Shown here: positions 1-8,966 of the stretch, piece by piece
How positions within the stretch are numbered: the stretch's first letter is position 1
How the letters are laid out: every line of letters starts with the position of its first letter
Assembly: GCA_040391605.1 (NCBI GenBank)
Contig: JBEBXK010000008.1
Location: forward strand, 46,635-110,634
Source: Vulgatibacter incomptus
GTDB lineage: Bacteria; Myxococcota; Myxococcia; Myxococcales; Vulgatibacteraceae
Direction of reading: 5' to 3'
DNA: 64,000 nucleotides
The notes under the pieces: model-generated
What the model saw: only the letters and a program-made list of their open reading frames with translations
Told to the model about the DNA's origin: nothing
Database searches by the model: none
Position numbers and translations under genes: made by a program

Positions 1-258
1 CCGACTCTCCAGATCGACGCAGCGATAGTCGGCGCCCTGGCGGCTGAGCCGCAGGTGGGTCCGCGAGATCTGGGCGGAGGGGATGCTGATATCACCCTCC
101 CTGCCCACCACGATCTGCACGCCGTTGAGCTCGATGCGCCTGGGCGCGCCCGGTCCCCGGATCTGTTCGATCACGTGGGGCCGCGGCGGACGGCTCCCTT
201 CCACGACCAGCGGCGTTCCAGTCAGAGTCAGCTCGCGGCTGTGGGGTGCATCCGGCAT
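1..258 (-). CDS. FHA domain-containing protein (runs off the window start, 3' end missing)
   Basis: Not in the ORF track. My translation from ATG 258 (SD GAGGAG upstream) gives ...RRIELNGVQIVVGREGDISIPSAQISRTHLRLSRQGADYRCVDLESR, carrying the FHA signatures GR, SRxH and DLxS. Confidence 0.8.
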   Translation of the reverse strand, partial: MPDAPHSRELTLTGTPLVVEGSRPPRPHVIEQIRGPGAPRRIELNGVQIVVGREGDISIPSAQISRTHLRLSRQGADYRCVDLESR

Positions 259-277
259 CGTCTTGAAGATCTCCTCG

Positions 278-390
278 GACCCCTGTGAAAGGAGCCCCTC
301 CGCTGGAGCGGAGCGACTCATGCAAGCCCGCGCGCTGCGGCGAGAGGGCTTCCTATCGTTTTCTCGCCTCCAACTCGCGAGAGTTCATGC
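278..390 (+). repeat. Degenerate copy of dispersed MITE/REP-like family 1
   Basis: CCTGTGAAAGGAG...CGCGCGCTGCGGCGAGAGGGCTT...TTCTCGCCTCCAACTCGCGAGAGTTC matches the consensus of the copy at 21199-21330. Confidence 0.45.
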
Positions 391-468
391 CTTCGCCACC
401 GGCTCCAGGCTGAACACTACCTCCGGAACCATGGGACGTCCAAAGATGGTCTGCGAGAGTCCAAGCCG

Positions 469-1140
469 TCAGCGGCGGCGGCCGCCGACCCGGTAGGAGA
501 GGTCGAGAGCCTGGGCGTGTTCGTCCAGGCGCCCGCGGTCGTCGCTGTCGAGGACCAGAGAGGAGGCGCATCCCGCGGACCTGCCCTCCGGCGCGCCTTC
601 GGGAAAGCGCACCTGCAGCGCGGAGCGCATCGACTCGGTGCCGCGGGCCAGGTCCAGGCCGCCTGCGGTCACGCCCAGGAGGAGGAGGTTGGTGGCGGGG
701 CCGCCGTCGGGGTGGGCCTGGTTCTCGGCGCGCACTTGCAGCAGCCTGCGGGCGGCGCTCTGCTGGGACGGACGCAGGGTCCCCAGCGCCGCGAAGAGCA
801 CCCGGACTGCCCGCTCGTCCACGACGCAGTGGTTGAGGACCTTTCGCTGCTCCAGCAGCAGGCAGAAGGCCTCGTGCAGGGGATCGTCCGGGAGGAATCC
901 GGCTCGATCCAGCTCGGCGGAGGCGGCGCGGACCAGCACCCGATTGGCGAAGCCCGCCCGCCGCCAGGGGCCCTCGCGGGAGCCGAAGACCGCGCGCAGG
1001 GTCCAGACGTCGTGGAGGATCCGCTCCCGCCTGCCGGCCAGATGAACCTCGAGCACGGCCAAGGCTCGCAGCGAGTCGGCCGGGTGGGGAAGGCTGGGCG
1101 GATCGGCGTCTTTCGACGGGGGGCGATTCGAAGGCAACAT
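469..1140 (-). CDS. Hypothetical protein
   Basis: C-terminal part of ORF 469..1557, from ATG 1140. Strong G/C third-position codon bias on this strand; divergent from the gene at 1279. No motif recognised. Confidence 0.5.
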   Translation of the reverse strand: MLPSNRPPSKDADPPSLPHPADSLRALAVLEVHLAGRRERILHDVWTLRAVFGSREGPWRRAGFANRVLVRAASAELDRAGFLPDDPLHEAFCLLLEQRKVLNHCVVDERAVRVLFAALGTLRPSQQSAARRLLQVRAENQAHPDGGPATNLLLLGVTAGGLDLARGTESMRSALQVRFPEGAPEGRSAGCASSLVLDSDDRGRLDEHAQALDLSYRVGGRRR

Positions 1141-1278
1141 GGCCCGCTTGGTAGCACAGCCCTCGCGGTTGGGATAGATCACGAGCCCCGCGCCGCAGCC
1201 CGCCGCCGCCGACCCGTCTTCGTGGGATCTTTCGGCAGGCCGGGCTCGGATGCAGCGTCGCAGGAGACGGATCGACGG

Positions 1279-2145
1279 ATGAACGATTCCCAGCAGGAGA
1301 GCCTCGAAGAGGGACGCGAGCTGATCGCCGCGCTGATCGGCGACGGGCGCCTGGATCAGGCCGCCTTTCGCGCGCGCCGTCTCGTGGAGCTCAGCGGCGG
1401 CGATCCCGGCTGCATCGCGGATTCGACCCTCACCGAATGGCTGCTCGACGTCGACCTTCCCAAGGATCGGCCGGAGGCGTGGCGCGCGGCCTTCGGGGAT
1501 GACGCGATCCGGGCCCCGGCGATCTCCGCGACCATCGGCGGGGCGGTCCGTCGACATCTCGTCCGCGGCCTGGCGCGAGCGGTCGAAGGTCCGGAGGGCA
1601 GGGGCGCGCTCCTCGGTGGCGAGCCCGTCGGCGTCTTCCTATTGGCTGCCGGCCTCGCCGAGGAGGCGGCGGCGTCGCTCTATGCGACCGTGGCGAGGAT
1701 GCCCGGCAACGGCAGGGCAGCGCTCCTGCTTGGCAACGCCCTCCTGCGCCTGGAGCGGGTGGAGGAGGCGCGCGACGCCTACCGACGGGCCTTCCGGATC
1801 GCGCCCCTCGAGTTGGACGGCGCGGAGATCGATGACGAGGAGGTCCGCGACCTGCTGCCGCTCTCCGTCGAGCTCGAGCTCCCGGGGGATCCCCGACCGT
1901 GGCTTCCGGTGATCGGCCTGCTGGAGGATGTGCTGCCCTTCTCGGCGCTCGATCCGGTCCCGGGGGCGGGCTTCGGTGCGCCGACCCGGGCCTACGATCT
2001 GCTGATCGCCCATAAGGGCGCCCGCAGCCACGGCGAGCGGACCGCGATCCGGCGGGATCTGCGCGAGCTGGCGCCGGCCCTCTTCGACGCGCTGCTCCTC
2101 AGCCGGAAGCTCGACGCCACGCCGGCGCCGACGGGGACGGCGTAG
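1279..2145 (+). CDS. TPR-like helical hypothetical protein
   Basis: ATG 1279 preceded by AGGAG. Contains the TPR-like helix pair AALLLGNALLRLERVEEARDAYRRAFRIAP. The upstream part of ORF 517..2145 is an antisense shadow. Confidence 0.6.
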   Translation: MNDSQQESLEEGRELIAALIGDGRLDQAAFRARRLVELSGGDPGCIADSTLTEWLLDVDLPKDRPEAWRAAFGDDAIRAPAISATIGGAVRRHLVRGLARAVEGPEGRGALLGGEPVGVFLLAAGLAEEAAASLYATVARMPGNGRAALLLGNALLRLERVEEARDAYRRAFRIAPLELDGAEIDDEEVRDLLPLSVELELPGDPRPWLPVIGLLEDVLPFSALDPVPGAGFGAPTRAYDLLIAHKGARSHGERTAIRRDLRELAPALFDALLLSRKLDATPAPTGTA

Positions 2146-2239
2146 CGTCTGGCGCAGGAGAGGCCCCGCAGCACGGGCGCGGAGATCGTCGGCTGCGGGA
2201 CGCGTGGACCCGGCGCGCAGAAGGTCGGCGGCGGGTCTG

Positions 2240-3550
2240 CTACCGCTGCGGATTCCCCGGGACGATCTTCAGGATCTCGTCCTTGGTCGGAGGGCAGGTC
2301 CCGCGGCCATCGCAGTTGCTGGTGGTCACGTAGAGCTCCTTGTCCGGCCCGACGATCACCTCCCGCAGACGCCCCAATCCTTCGGGTGGATCGCCGCGGA
2401 AATAGACCTCGTGGGATCGCACCCGATGCTTGGAGTCCAGGACGACTCTGTGTAGGTGTCTGGAACCAAGAGTGCCCATCAGCACGCTGTTCTTCCAGGC
2501 GGAGATCCGGTCGCTTCGATAGATCGCGATCCCGCCCGGCGGCACCGCCACCACCCAGCTCAGGATCGGAGCGATCAGCCCCTGCTCCTCCTCGCATCCG
2601 AAGATCGTGGGCCAGCCGAGGTCGTCTCCCTTGGCGGCGACGTTGAGCTCGTCGTGCCCCGTCCTGCCGAACTCCCCGCTGGGGCCATGATCGGCGATGA
2701 CGATCGTCTTCTCATTCAGCCAGTCGAAGCCCTCGGTGTTTCGCAGGCCCTTCAGCCACAGCGGGTTGCCATGGATCGGATTGTCGCCGGGGATCTCGCC
2801 GTCGAGCCCCAGCCGCAGGAGCTTGCCGTTGGGGTGGCTGTCGTCCCTGGAGAGCGCGGGATCCCCCGCGTCGCCGGTGCCGACATAGAGCATGCGATCG
2901 GGGCCGATCCGCAGGCGCCCCGCGTCGTGGAAGGTGTGGCCACGGATCCCGTCGATGATGATCCGATCGGCCTTCGCGCTGCGATCGTCCTGGGCGAGGA
3001 CGTAGCGCTCCACCCGGTTGATCAGGCCTCCTCCTTCACTTCGGGTGTAGAAAACGTAGAACGAACGGTTCTTCTCGAAGTCCGGGTGGAGGGCGATGCC
3101 GAGGAGGCCTCCCTCTCCGAAGCCACTCTTGTAGGGGACGGTCATCACCGGCTCGGGGACGAGGGCGCCCTTCTCCACCAGGCGCAGCCTCCCGATCCGC
3201 TCGGTCACCAGCATCGATCCGTTGGGCAGGAAGGCGATCCCCCAGGGGACCGTGAGGCCTGAGACCACCCGCTCGGCCCGGACGGGGACGGTGCCATCCG
3301 GGCCGTAGTCCTTCTCCACCATCAGGCAGCGTTCGTCCTCCGCCTTGGCGTCGACCGCGCCTTCGCCGGCCGCCGACGACCCGACGTCCAAGGCACGAGC
3401 AGGCGCCTCCTCGGCCGCATGCGCGGCGCTCTGGAGCCGGCCCTCTACTCCACTCGGGGGCTGGGTGTCCGGGGTCGCCGAACGGCAACTTGTAGCGAGA
3501 ACGGTGAGGAGGAGGATCGTCGATGGGCTCGAAAGGGTCGGTTGGATCAT
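2240..3550 (-). CDS. PQQ-dependent sugar dehydrogenase (glucose/sorbosone dehydrogenase family), probable lipoprotein
   Basis: Motifs GLTVPWGIAFLPNGSMLVTER, EGGLLGIALHPDF, HDAGRLRIGPD, GLRN, NVAAKG..LGWP and GRLREV. Lipobox LATSC. GGAGG upstream of ATG 3550. Confidence 0.9.
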   Translation of the reverse strand: MIQPTLSSPSTILLLTVLATSCRSATPDTQPPSGVEGRLQSAAHAAEEAPARALDVGSSAAGEGAVDAKAEDERCLMVEKDYGPDGTVPVRAERVVSGLTVPWGIAFLPNGSMLVTERIGRLRLVEKGALVPEPVMTVPYKSGFGEGGLLGIALHPDFEKNRSFYVFYTRSEGGGLINRVERYVLAQDDRSAKADRIIIDGIRGHTFHDAGRLRIGPDRMLYVGTGDAGDPALSRDDSHPNGKLLRLGLDGEIPGDNPIHGNPLWLKGLRNTEGFDWLNEKTIVIADHGPSGEFGRTGHDELNVAAKGDDLGWPTIFGCEEEQGLIAPILSWVVAVPPGGIAIYRSDRISAWKNSVLMGTLGSRHLHRVVLDSKHRVRSHEVYFRGDPPEGLGRLREVIVGPDKELYVTTSNCDGRGTCPPTKDEILKIVPGNPQR

Positions 3551-3654
3551 CTTGCCTCCCGGTGGTTTGGGGGGGGGAGCCTGCGCGCGGTGATGGCGTC
3601 CGCGGGCGGGGGCCAGGGGAAGCGGCAGAGCCGGCGAGGCGGGCGGGCGAGCCG

Positions 3655-4167
3655 TTGGATCATCGCGCGCATCGCGGCCCGACGCAAACACCCCGACGGG
3701 ACGCGTGGCTCCGATGGAGCTGCCTCGTCGTCACGCTGGGGGTGGGCGCGTGTACGCCCTCGTATTTCCAGCCCGACGAGGAGCGGGCCGGGATCCTCGT
3801 CGATTGGGGGCCGCAGCGGGATCGAGCCGCCCTCGAATCCCTCGTCAGCGCCTGTGAGTCTGCGGTGGGCTTCGACTTCTCCCGCGGTGCCGCTGCCAAA
3901 TTCGTCCGCGATCCGAACCAGCATTGCTCGCTCCCCGCGAACACCAAGGTCGCCGGCTGCTGGATCCCGCAATACGATCTGATCGTCCTGAAGCCCGCCG
4001 CCAGCCTGAGCCGGACCGCCCTCTGCCACGAGCTGCTGCACCGCCAGCTCTACGACCGCACCAACGATCCCGACTACGACCACCAGCGGGAGGAGTGGTC
4101 GAGGCTCTCGACCACCGCGGGGACGCCACCCCGAGCGGAGCCCGCCAACCCGAGCCAAAGCCAATGA
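3655..4167 (+). CDS. Small putative lipoprotein with HExxH zinc-peptidase-like motif
   Basis: In-frame TTG at 3655. Signal ends LGVGAC. C-terminal half has CHELLH and DYDH. Start codon uncertain. Confidence 0.55.
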   Translation: MDHRAHRGPTQTPRRDAWLRWSCLVVTLGVGACTPSYFQPDEERAGILVDWGPQRDRAALESLVSACESAVGFDFSRGAAAKFVRDPNQHCSLPANTKVAGCWIPQYDLIVLKPAASLSRTALCHELLHRQLYDRTNDPDYDHQREEWSRLSTTAGTPPRAEPANPSQSQ

Positions 4168-4350
4168 GAAGTCGAGCCCCGTGCAGGGCGGAAGCGGTCT
4201 CCTCATCCCCGCTGCACGCGACGGGCTCTCATTGACGATCTCTCGCCTCCGGCTGGGAGCCGGTGAGAGAATCACCGCCGTGCAAGGGCGGCAGCGATTC
4301 TCTCACCCGCGCTGCGCGCGCCGGGCTCTGGCTGGCGTTTTCTCGCCTCC
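4158..4350 (+). repeat. Two tandem copies of MITE/REP-like family 1
   Basis: Second copy has a perfect stem GTGAGAGAATC (4263-4273)/GATTCTCTCAC (4296-4306), then CGCGCTGCGCGCGCCGGGCTCT...TCTCGCCTCCGGCT. The first copy shares GGGCTCTC...TCTCGCCTCCGGCT. Confidence 0.7.
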
Positions 4351-4445
4351 GGCTCGGGTGTCTGCCACGTGACCCGGCGCGGGCGCCTGCGATAGAGTGC
4401 CCACCTCGATTGTTCACGAAGGAACACGAGAGTCCGGGGAGCGGG

Positions 4446-7313
4446 ATGTCGGGAACGCTTGGCATGACAGAGGTAGGGCGCGTGGGTCTGATCGCCCTGG
4501 CGCTGGCCCTCGATCTGGGCTGCACCGCCTGCGGGGCGGAATCATCTTCCGTGATGGAGTTATTCACCGAGCAGGGCGCCGACCACCGCTGGCAGGAGGG
4601 GCGGACCTCCCTCGCGCTGCCCTACCTCCCTTTCGACGAGGCGCAGCGCGCGCCGCCACGGGACAGCGGTTGGCTGGAGGGCCAGCTCTACCTCAGCGCC
4701 CAACGAGGCGATCCCGAGGCAGACGTCGCCAAGGTCCTCTTCTTCGTCTGGCGGAACGAGCCCGGCGATCTGGAGCGGGCCAGGAGCCGCCTCGACGCCT
4801 TGCCGCAGGACGCGAGCTGGTGGAACGAGGTCGCGCTCCTCCACCTGGCGAACGGCGACGAGCTCGACGCGTTGGAGGCGCTCGAACACGCCCTAGAGCT
4901 CGAGCCCGAGCTGCTGCCGGCGCTCTTCAACCGAGCCTTGATCTTCGATCGTCTCAGCCTCCACGGCCCCGCCGAGGAGGCGTGGTCTCATTACGTCGAG
5001 GTCGATCCGGACGACGCGAGCGGTTGGCGGCAGGAGGCGGGGGGCCACCTCGAGCGCCTGCGTTCCCCTTCGCCGCCCCCGGTGCTCCTCGAAGACGAGA
5101 GGGCCTGGCTGGAGAAGGAGCTGCGATCGGTGGCCAGCGGGCCGGAGCTGGCGGCGCTCCTGGACGAGCCACGCACCGGGGAGGTCGTCTCCCGCCTCGC
5201 CGCCGTCGGCGACCGCCTCTTCGAGCGGGAGCTCGAGGTGCGGCAATCCTTTACAGAGAGGGATTGGCGCGAGAGCCGCCGGCGGGGGGAGGCCCTGGGC
5301 GCCCAGGCGGAGGCCACCCTCGCCGGCGCCCCCTCCATCGACGCGTTGGAGGCGCTCTGTGACGCGCCAGAGCCGATGATCGCCCTGCGCGCCCTCCGCC
5401 TCCTGGCCTACGACGCCATCGTGCGATTGTCGCCGTCGGTGGCGAAGGAGCGCCTCGACGCGGTGGTGGAGCGCTGCGACGAGCTGGGCTGCGTGCTCGA
5501 GAGCGCCCTGGCGCTCAGCGATCGCGGGACCCTCCTCCTCGAAGCCGGCGACTTTCGCAGTTCGGCCCTCGCCTTTCGCGAGGCCTTCGCGCTTCTCCCC
5601 GAGGGCTTCGACGCTCGCCAGGCCGAGATCCTGGCCAAGCAGGGCTATCTGGCCAGCGCTCTCGCCAGCCCGCGGGAGGCGGTGCGCCAGCTCCAGGCCG
5701 CCGCCGCCATCCAGAGCCGGCTTCGCAAGCCCATGTCGCTGGCGGTGGTCCTCACCAACCTTGGGGCGCAGGCGGGTGGCAGCGGTCTGGATGCGGCGGC
5801 GCTGGCCCTCTATCGGGAGGCGGCGCGGCTGGCGGCGCTCTCCGGTGTGACCTCCACGGATTTGATCGCGAGATCCGGTGTCTCGGCCATTCTGACGCGG
5901 ATGGGTAGGACCGAGGAGGCCCTCGCTGTGCAGGAGGAGGCCATCGCGGTCGCCAGGGAGAAGGGCGTCTCGGGGGCGTTGGTGCGCCTGCTCGGCGCTT
6001 CTGCCAGGACGCACCTCCAAGCAGGGCAGTCCGCGGATGCATTGGCGAGGGGCAGGGAGTTGCAGGGGCTCAGCGGTTCCCTTGGCATCGCCTCGCTGCA
6101 TGGGAGCGTCCGGGCCATCATCGGGAATGCCTACCTCGCTCTCGGCGATCACGCTTCCGCCATTCGCTCCTTCCAGGGCGCCATCGCCGCGAACCACGAC
6201 CTCCTCTCTTCGATCGAGGATCCGATCCGGCGCACCCTCCTCGAGGCGAGAGACGGAGATCCGCGGATCCGTCTGGCCCGCCTGCGCGCGGAGGAGGGGG
6301 ACGTCACCGCCGCCTGGGAGCTGGTGGCCGGGGGAGCGCTGCGAGGGCTGGATCGCGACGAGTGCACGATCGTCTTCGTCCGGGACGATGAGCGGCTCCT
6401 GGTCTGGAGCGCCACCGTCGAGGGCACCCGCTTCGATGTGCGTCCGCTCCCGAAGTCGTTGATCGGCAGCGGAGACTTCAATCTGCGGATCGGCCTGGAT
6501 GGCGGCCCCTTTCGAGGAACGCCGGAGCGCGCCATGTCGCAGGCGGAGTTCGTGGGCACCGCCTGGGACGAAGGCCGATGCCCGGCGCGCACCAGGCGCC
6601 TCACCATCATCGAAAACCCGGTTACGCTGGTGGGGGTCGCCAACCACGGAGCCCGGCTGTCCCGACCCGACGCCGCCGTGGTGATCGCGTCGAGCGCATC
6701 CAAGCCCTGGCCTCATCGGTCGCTGAAGGGACCGGGACTGGCGATCCACAGCCCTCGACCCGTCGTCTCCGACCGCATCCTCCCCAGCCTCCCGTCGGCG
6801 CCGAAGGAGGCGAGGCTGGTGCTGGGCCTCTGGCCCGACTCCGAGGAGCTGGCTGGTACCGACGCGACCCCTCAGGAGGTCGCGAGGCGGGTCTCCGGCT
6901 TCGAGCTGCTCCACTTCGGCGTCCACGGTGAGTCCCGCGCACAAGCAGGCGCGTCTTCCTTCCTGGTCCTGGCCGGCGAGCACGGCCATCTGCAGGTGGT
7001 GGACGTCCTCGATCTCTCCCTCGCGCATCGTTCACCGGTGGTGGTCCTCTCTGCGTGCAAGGGGGCGGGCGAGACATTGGAGAAGGAGCGGGATGGCGCG
7101 GGGCTCCCCTGGGCCTTCCTGCAGGCCGGCGCCTCCTCGGTGATCGCCTACGAAGACAGCCTCGACGATCGCGTGGCCCTGGATTTCTCGGCGGCCTTCT
7201 ACGCCAGGGTCGAGCGCGGCCTGGAGGTCTCCGTCGCCTTTGAGGAGGCGCTCGAGGCGCTGCGGGAGCGTTGGAGCCCGGAGATCGTGGCGTCCTTCGC
7301 CCTCTATATCTGA
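4446..7313 (+). CDS. TPR + CHAT (caspase-like protease) domain protein with N-terminal signal/lipoprotein-like segment
   Basis: C-terminal CHAT catalytic motifs LLHFGVHG (His) and VVVLSACKG (Cys), plus GLPWAFLQAGASSVIA. TPR motif ALFNRALIFDRL and many helical repeats. Hydrophobic N-terminus GLIALALALDLGC. Confidence 0.85.
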   Translation: MSGTLGMTEVGRVGLIALALALDLGCTACGAESSSVMELFTEQGADHRWQEGRTSLALPYLPFDEAQRAPPRDSGWLEGQLYLSAQRGDPEADVAKVLFFVWRNEPGDLERARSRLDALPQDASWWNEVALLHLANGDELDALEALEHALELEPELLPALFNRALIFDRLSLHGPAEEAWSHYVEVDPDDASGWRQEAGGHLERLRSPSPPPVLLEDERAWLEKELRSVASGPELAALLDEPRTGEVVSRLAAVGDRLFERELEVRQSFTERDWRESRRRGEALGAQAEATLAGAPSIDALEALCDAPEPMIALRALRLLAYDAIVRLSPSVAKERLDAVVERCDELGCVLESALALSDRGTLLLEAGDFRSSALAFREAFALLPEGFDARQAEILAKQGYLASALASPREAVRQLQAAAAIQSRLRKPMSLAVVLTNLGAQAGGSGLDAAALALYREAARLAALSGVTSTDLIARSGVSAILTRMGRTEEALAVQEEAIAVAREKGVSGALVRLLGASARTHLQAGQSADALARGRELQGLSGSLGIASLHGSVRAIIGNAYLALGDHASAIRSFQGAIAANHDLLSSIEDPIRRTLLEARDGDPRIRLARLRAEEGDVTAAWELVAGGALRGLDRDECTIVFVRDDERLLVWSATVEGTRFDVRPLPKSLIGSGDFNLRIGLDGGPFRGTPERAMSQAEFVGTAWDEGRCPARTRRLTIIENPVTLVGVANHGARLSRPDAAVVIASSASKPWPHRSLKGPGLAIHSPRPVVSDRILPSLPSAPKEARLVLGLWPDSEELAGTDATPQEVARRVSGFELLHFGVHGESRAQAGASSFLVLAGEHGHLQVVDVLDLSLAHRSPVVVLSACKGAGETLEKERDGAGLPWAFLQAGASSVIAYEDSLDDRVALDFSAAFYARVERGLEVSVAFEEALEALRERWSPEIVASFALYI

Positions 7314-7382
7314 GGCGACGAAAGCGATACAGTGTTTCACTGAGAGGCGTCTGCTTCTGCCTCGATGTCGAAGTGTCTGATC

Positions 7383-7402
7383 TTCAATAGTCATACATTG
7401 AA
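7383..7402. promoter_or_regulatory. Putative operator palindrome TTCAAT-N8-ATTGAA
   Basis: AT-rich inverted repeat in a low-GC intergenic gap upstream of ORF 7508. Confidence 0.3.
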
Positions 7403-7507
7403 CAGAAGGGGCATGGGGCGGGCAGGATTTGGCTGTCGTACCTTGTGGGTGCAGCCCGGATAGTGCTATCGGATGGGTGTTGTCTTCAATTCTCATTCGG
7501 AGGGGCC

Positions 7508-7972
7508 ATGCCCACCTTCTTCTTCTCGACAGGACTCATCACTACTGAAAACAACCTCCTTCGCGTCCGCGCGCCTGCATCTCCCAAGGACAGGGTGCAG
7601 CTCAGGCTGAAGGGCCAGGAGGCCATGGAGCCCAGGCCCTTTGGTCCAGACGCCGCGATCGTGGCCTTGGTGCATGCTGACAGCGGAAGGGCCGGGGACA
7701 ACCCCTTTGACGACACCGAAAGCAGCGTCACCTATGACCCCTACATCGAGTTCATCTTTTTCGGGGCATGCAAGCTGGCGAGGGAGACCGTGGCGGGCAA
7801 GGAGGGCCTGGTCATCGAGAGCGAGGGCAGCGTCACGTTGAAGTGCATGGAGGGCGCTTTCCCATTTGCGGAAGAGGAGGTTCGGCGGGCAAGCTTCATC
7901 GGTGTCTACTATGACGACGGCTTGCCCCGGGATCCGGGGCCCCACATCCCCAAGCCGAGCCCCGAGGCCTGA
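7508..7972 (+). CDS. Hypothetical protein (orphan, atypical codon usage) downstream of TPR-CHAT gene
   Basis: ATG 7508 with SD GGAGGGG. 154 aa, visibly more A/T-ending codons than neighbouring genes. No motif recognised. Confidence 0.6.
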   Translation: MPTFFFSTGLITTENNLLRVRAPASPKDRVQLRLKGQEAMEPRPFGPDAAIVALVHADSGRAGDNPFDDTESSVTYDPYIEFIFFGACKLARETVAGKEGLVIESEGSVTLKCMEGAFPFAEEEVRRASFIGVYYDDGLPRDPGPHIPKPSPEA

Positions 7973-7991
7973 CGCCGACGGGGCCGATCCG

Positions 7992-8825
7992 ATGCCCACG
8001 GACCGCGCGGTGGTGGTCACTACCCCGCGCAGGCCCTCCGAGCTCGATCGGCAGGAGGCCCTGGCCGAAGCCCGGCGCCTCGGGCTCCCCTACGAAGCGA
8101 GAGACGCGGGTATCGAGTCCATCGCGGCGCGATCGGGCGCCGAGCTGATCCTCGTCGTCTCGGCGATCGAGCGCTCGCTATGGGTCCCGGCTGGCTTGGC
8201 CCCCTGGCGCTTCCACGGCGGCATGGCGGTGCTGCGCATCCGACGAATGCTGAAGGAAGCGCCTCTTCACGCAGTCTCCGATCCGCTGCTTCGCGCCTGC
8301 GATCTGCGCCCAGGGGATCGCTTCATCGACGCCACCGCCGGCGCCTGTGCCGACGCGCTGGTGGCGGCGTGGGCCGTGGGGCCGTCGGGCTCGGTGGTCG
8401 CCATCGAGTCGAGCCCCATCCTTCACGCCGTGACCTCCTTCGGTGCCCGCCGGATCCGCTTCGGAGAGGAGGCCATCGACGCCGCCCTCGATCGGCTGGA
8501 GGTGGTGCAGGGCTCCCACCTGGAGCTCCTCGCCGCCATACCCGATCGCTCGGCCGACGTGATCTACTTCGACCCGATGTTCGAGAGCCCCACCCTTGCA
8601 CCGCCGGGCTTCGAGATCCTTCGGATGGTCGCGGAGCCAGCGCCGCTCGCCCCCGAGGCGGTGGCGGAGGCGACGCGGGTGGCCAGGCGGCGGGTGGTGC
8701 TCCAGGAGCGGCGCGGCAGCGGGGAGCTCGAGCGCCTCGGCTTTCGCGCCGTCGACGTCATCGGCAGGAGCGCCCCCGTGCGCTTCGGCGTCATCGACGT
8801 CGCCGATCGAGCAGCGCCCCCTTGA
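7992..8825 (+). CDS. Class I SAM-dependent methyltransferase, RsmJ (16S m2G1516)-like family
   Basis: FIDATAGACADAL (SAM-binding variant), VVAIESSPIL and DVIYFDPMF, typical of the SAM_MT/RsmJ family. Confidence 0.75.
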   Translation: MPTDRAVVVTTPRRPSELDRQEALAEARRLGLPYEARDAGIESIAARSGAELILVVSAIERSLWVPAGLAPWRFHGGMAVLRIRRMLKEAPLHAVSDPLLRACDLRPGDRFIDATAGACADALVAAWAVGPSGSVVAIESSPILHAVTSFGARRIRFGEEAIDAALDRLEVVQGSHLELLAAIPDRSADVIYFDPMFESPTLAPPGFEILRMVAEPAPLAPEAVAEATRVARRRVVLQERRGSGELERLGFRAVDVIGRSAPVRFGVIDVADRAAPP

Positions 8826-8966
8826 ACGTCCCGACGAACGAGGGCGATGAGCGGGATCCGTGACGAGGGCCTCTCGCCGGCCATACTTCCACGCGAAGGG
8901 CGGGAGCCAGGTGGGGGGCTCATCGATCAGCGCTCCGTGGACCCTCGGCGCCCCGGCCGAGTGGGC

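Noticed and set aside
3569-3577. G9 tract (and C9 at 15869-15877) as phase-variation switches
   Set aside because: Short homopolymers are expected in very GC-rich DNA, and shifting frame at the C9 tract does not restore an MBL domain.
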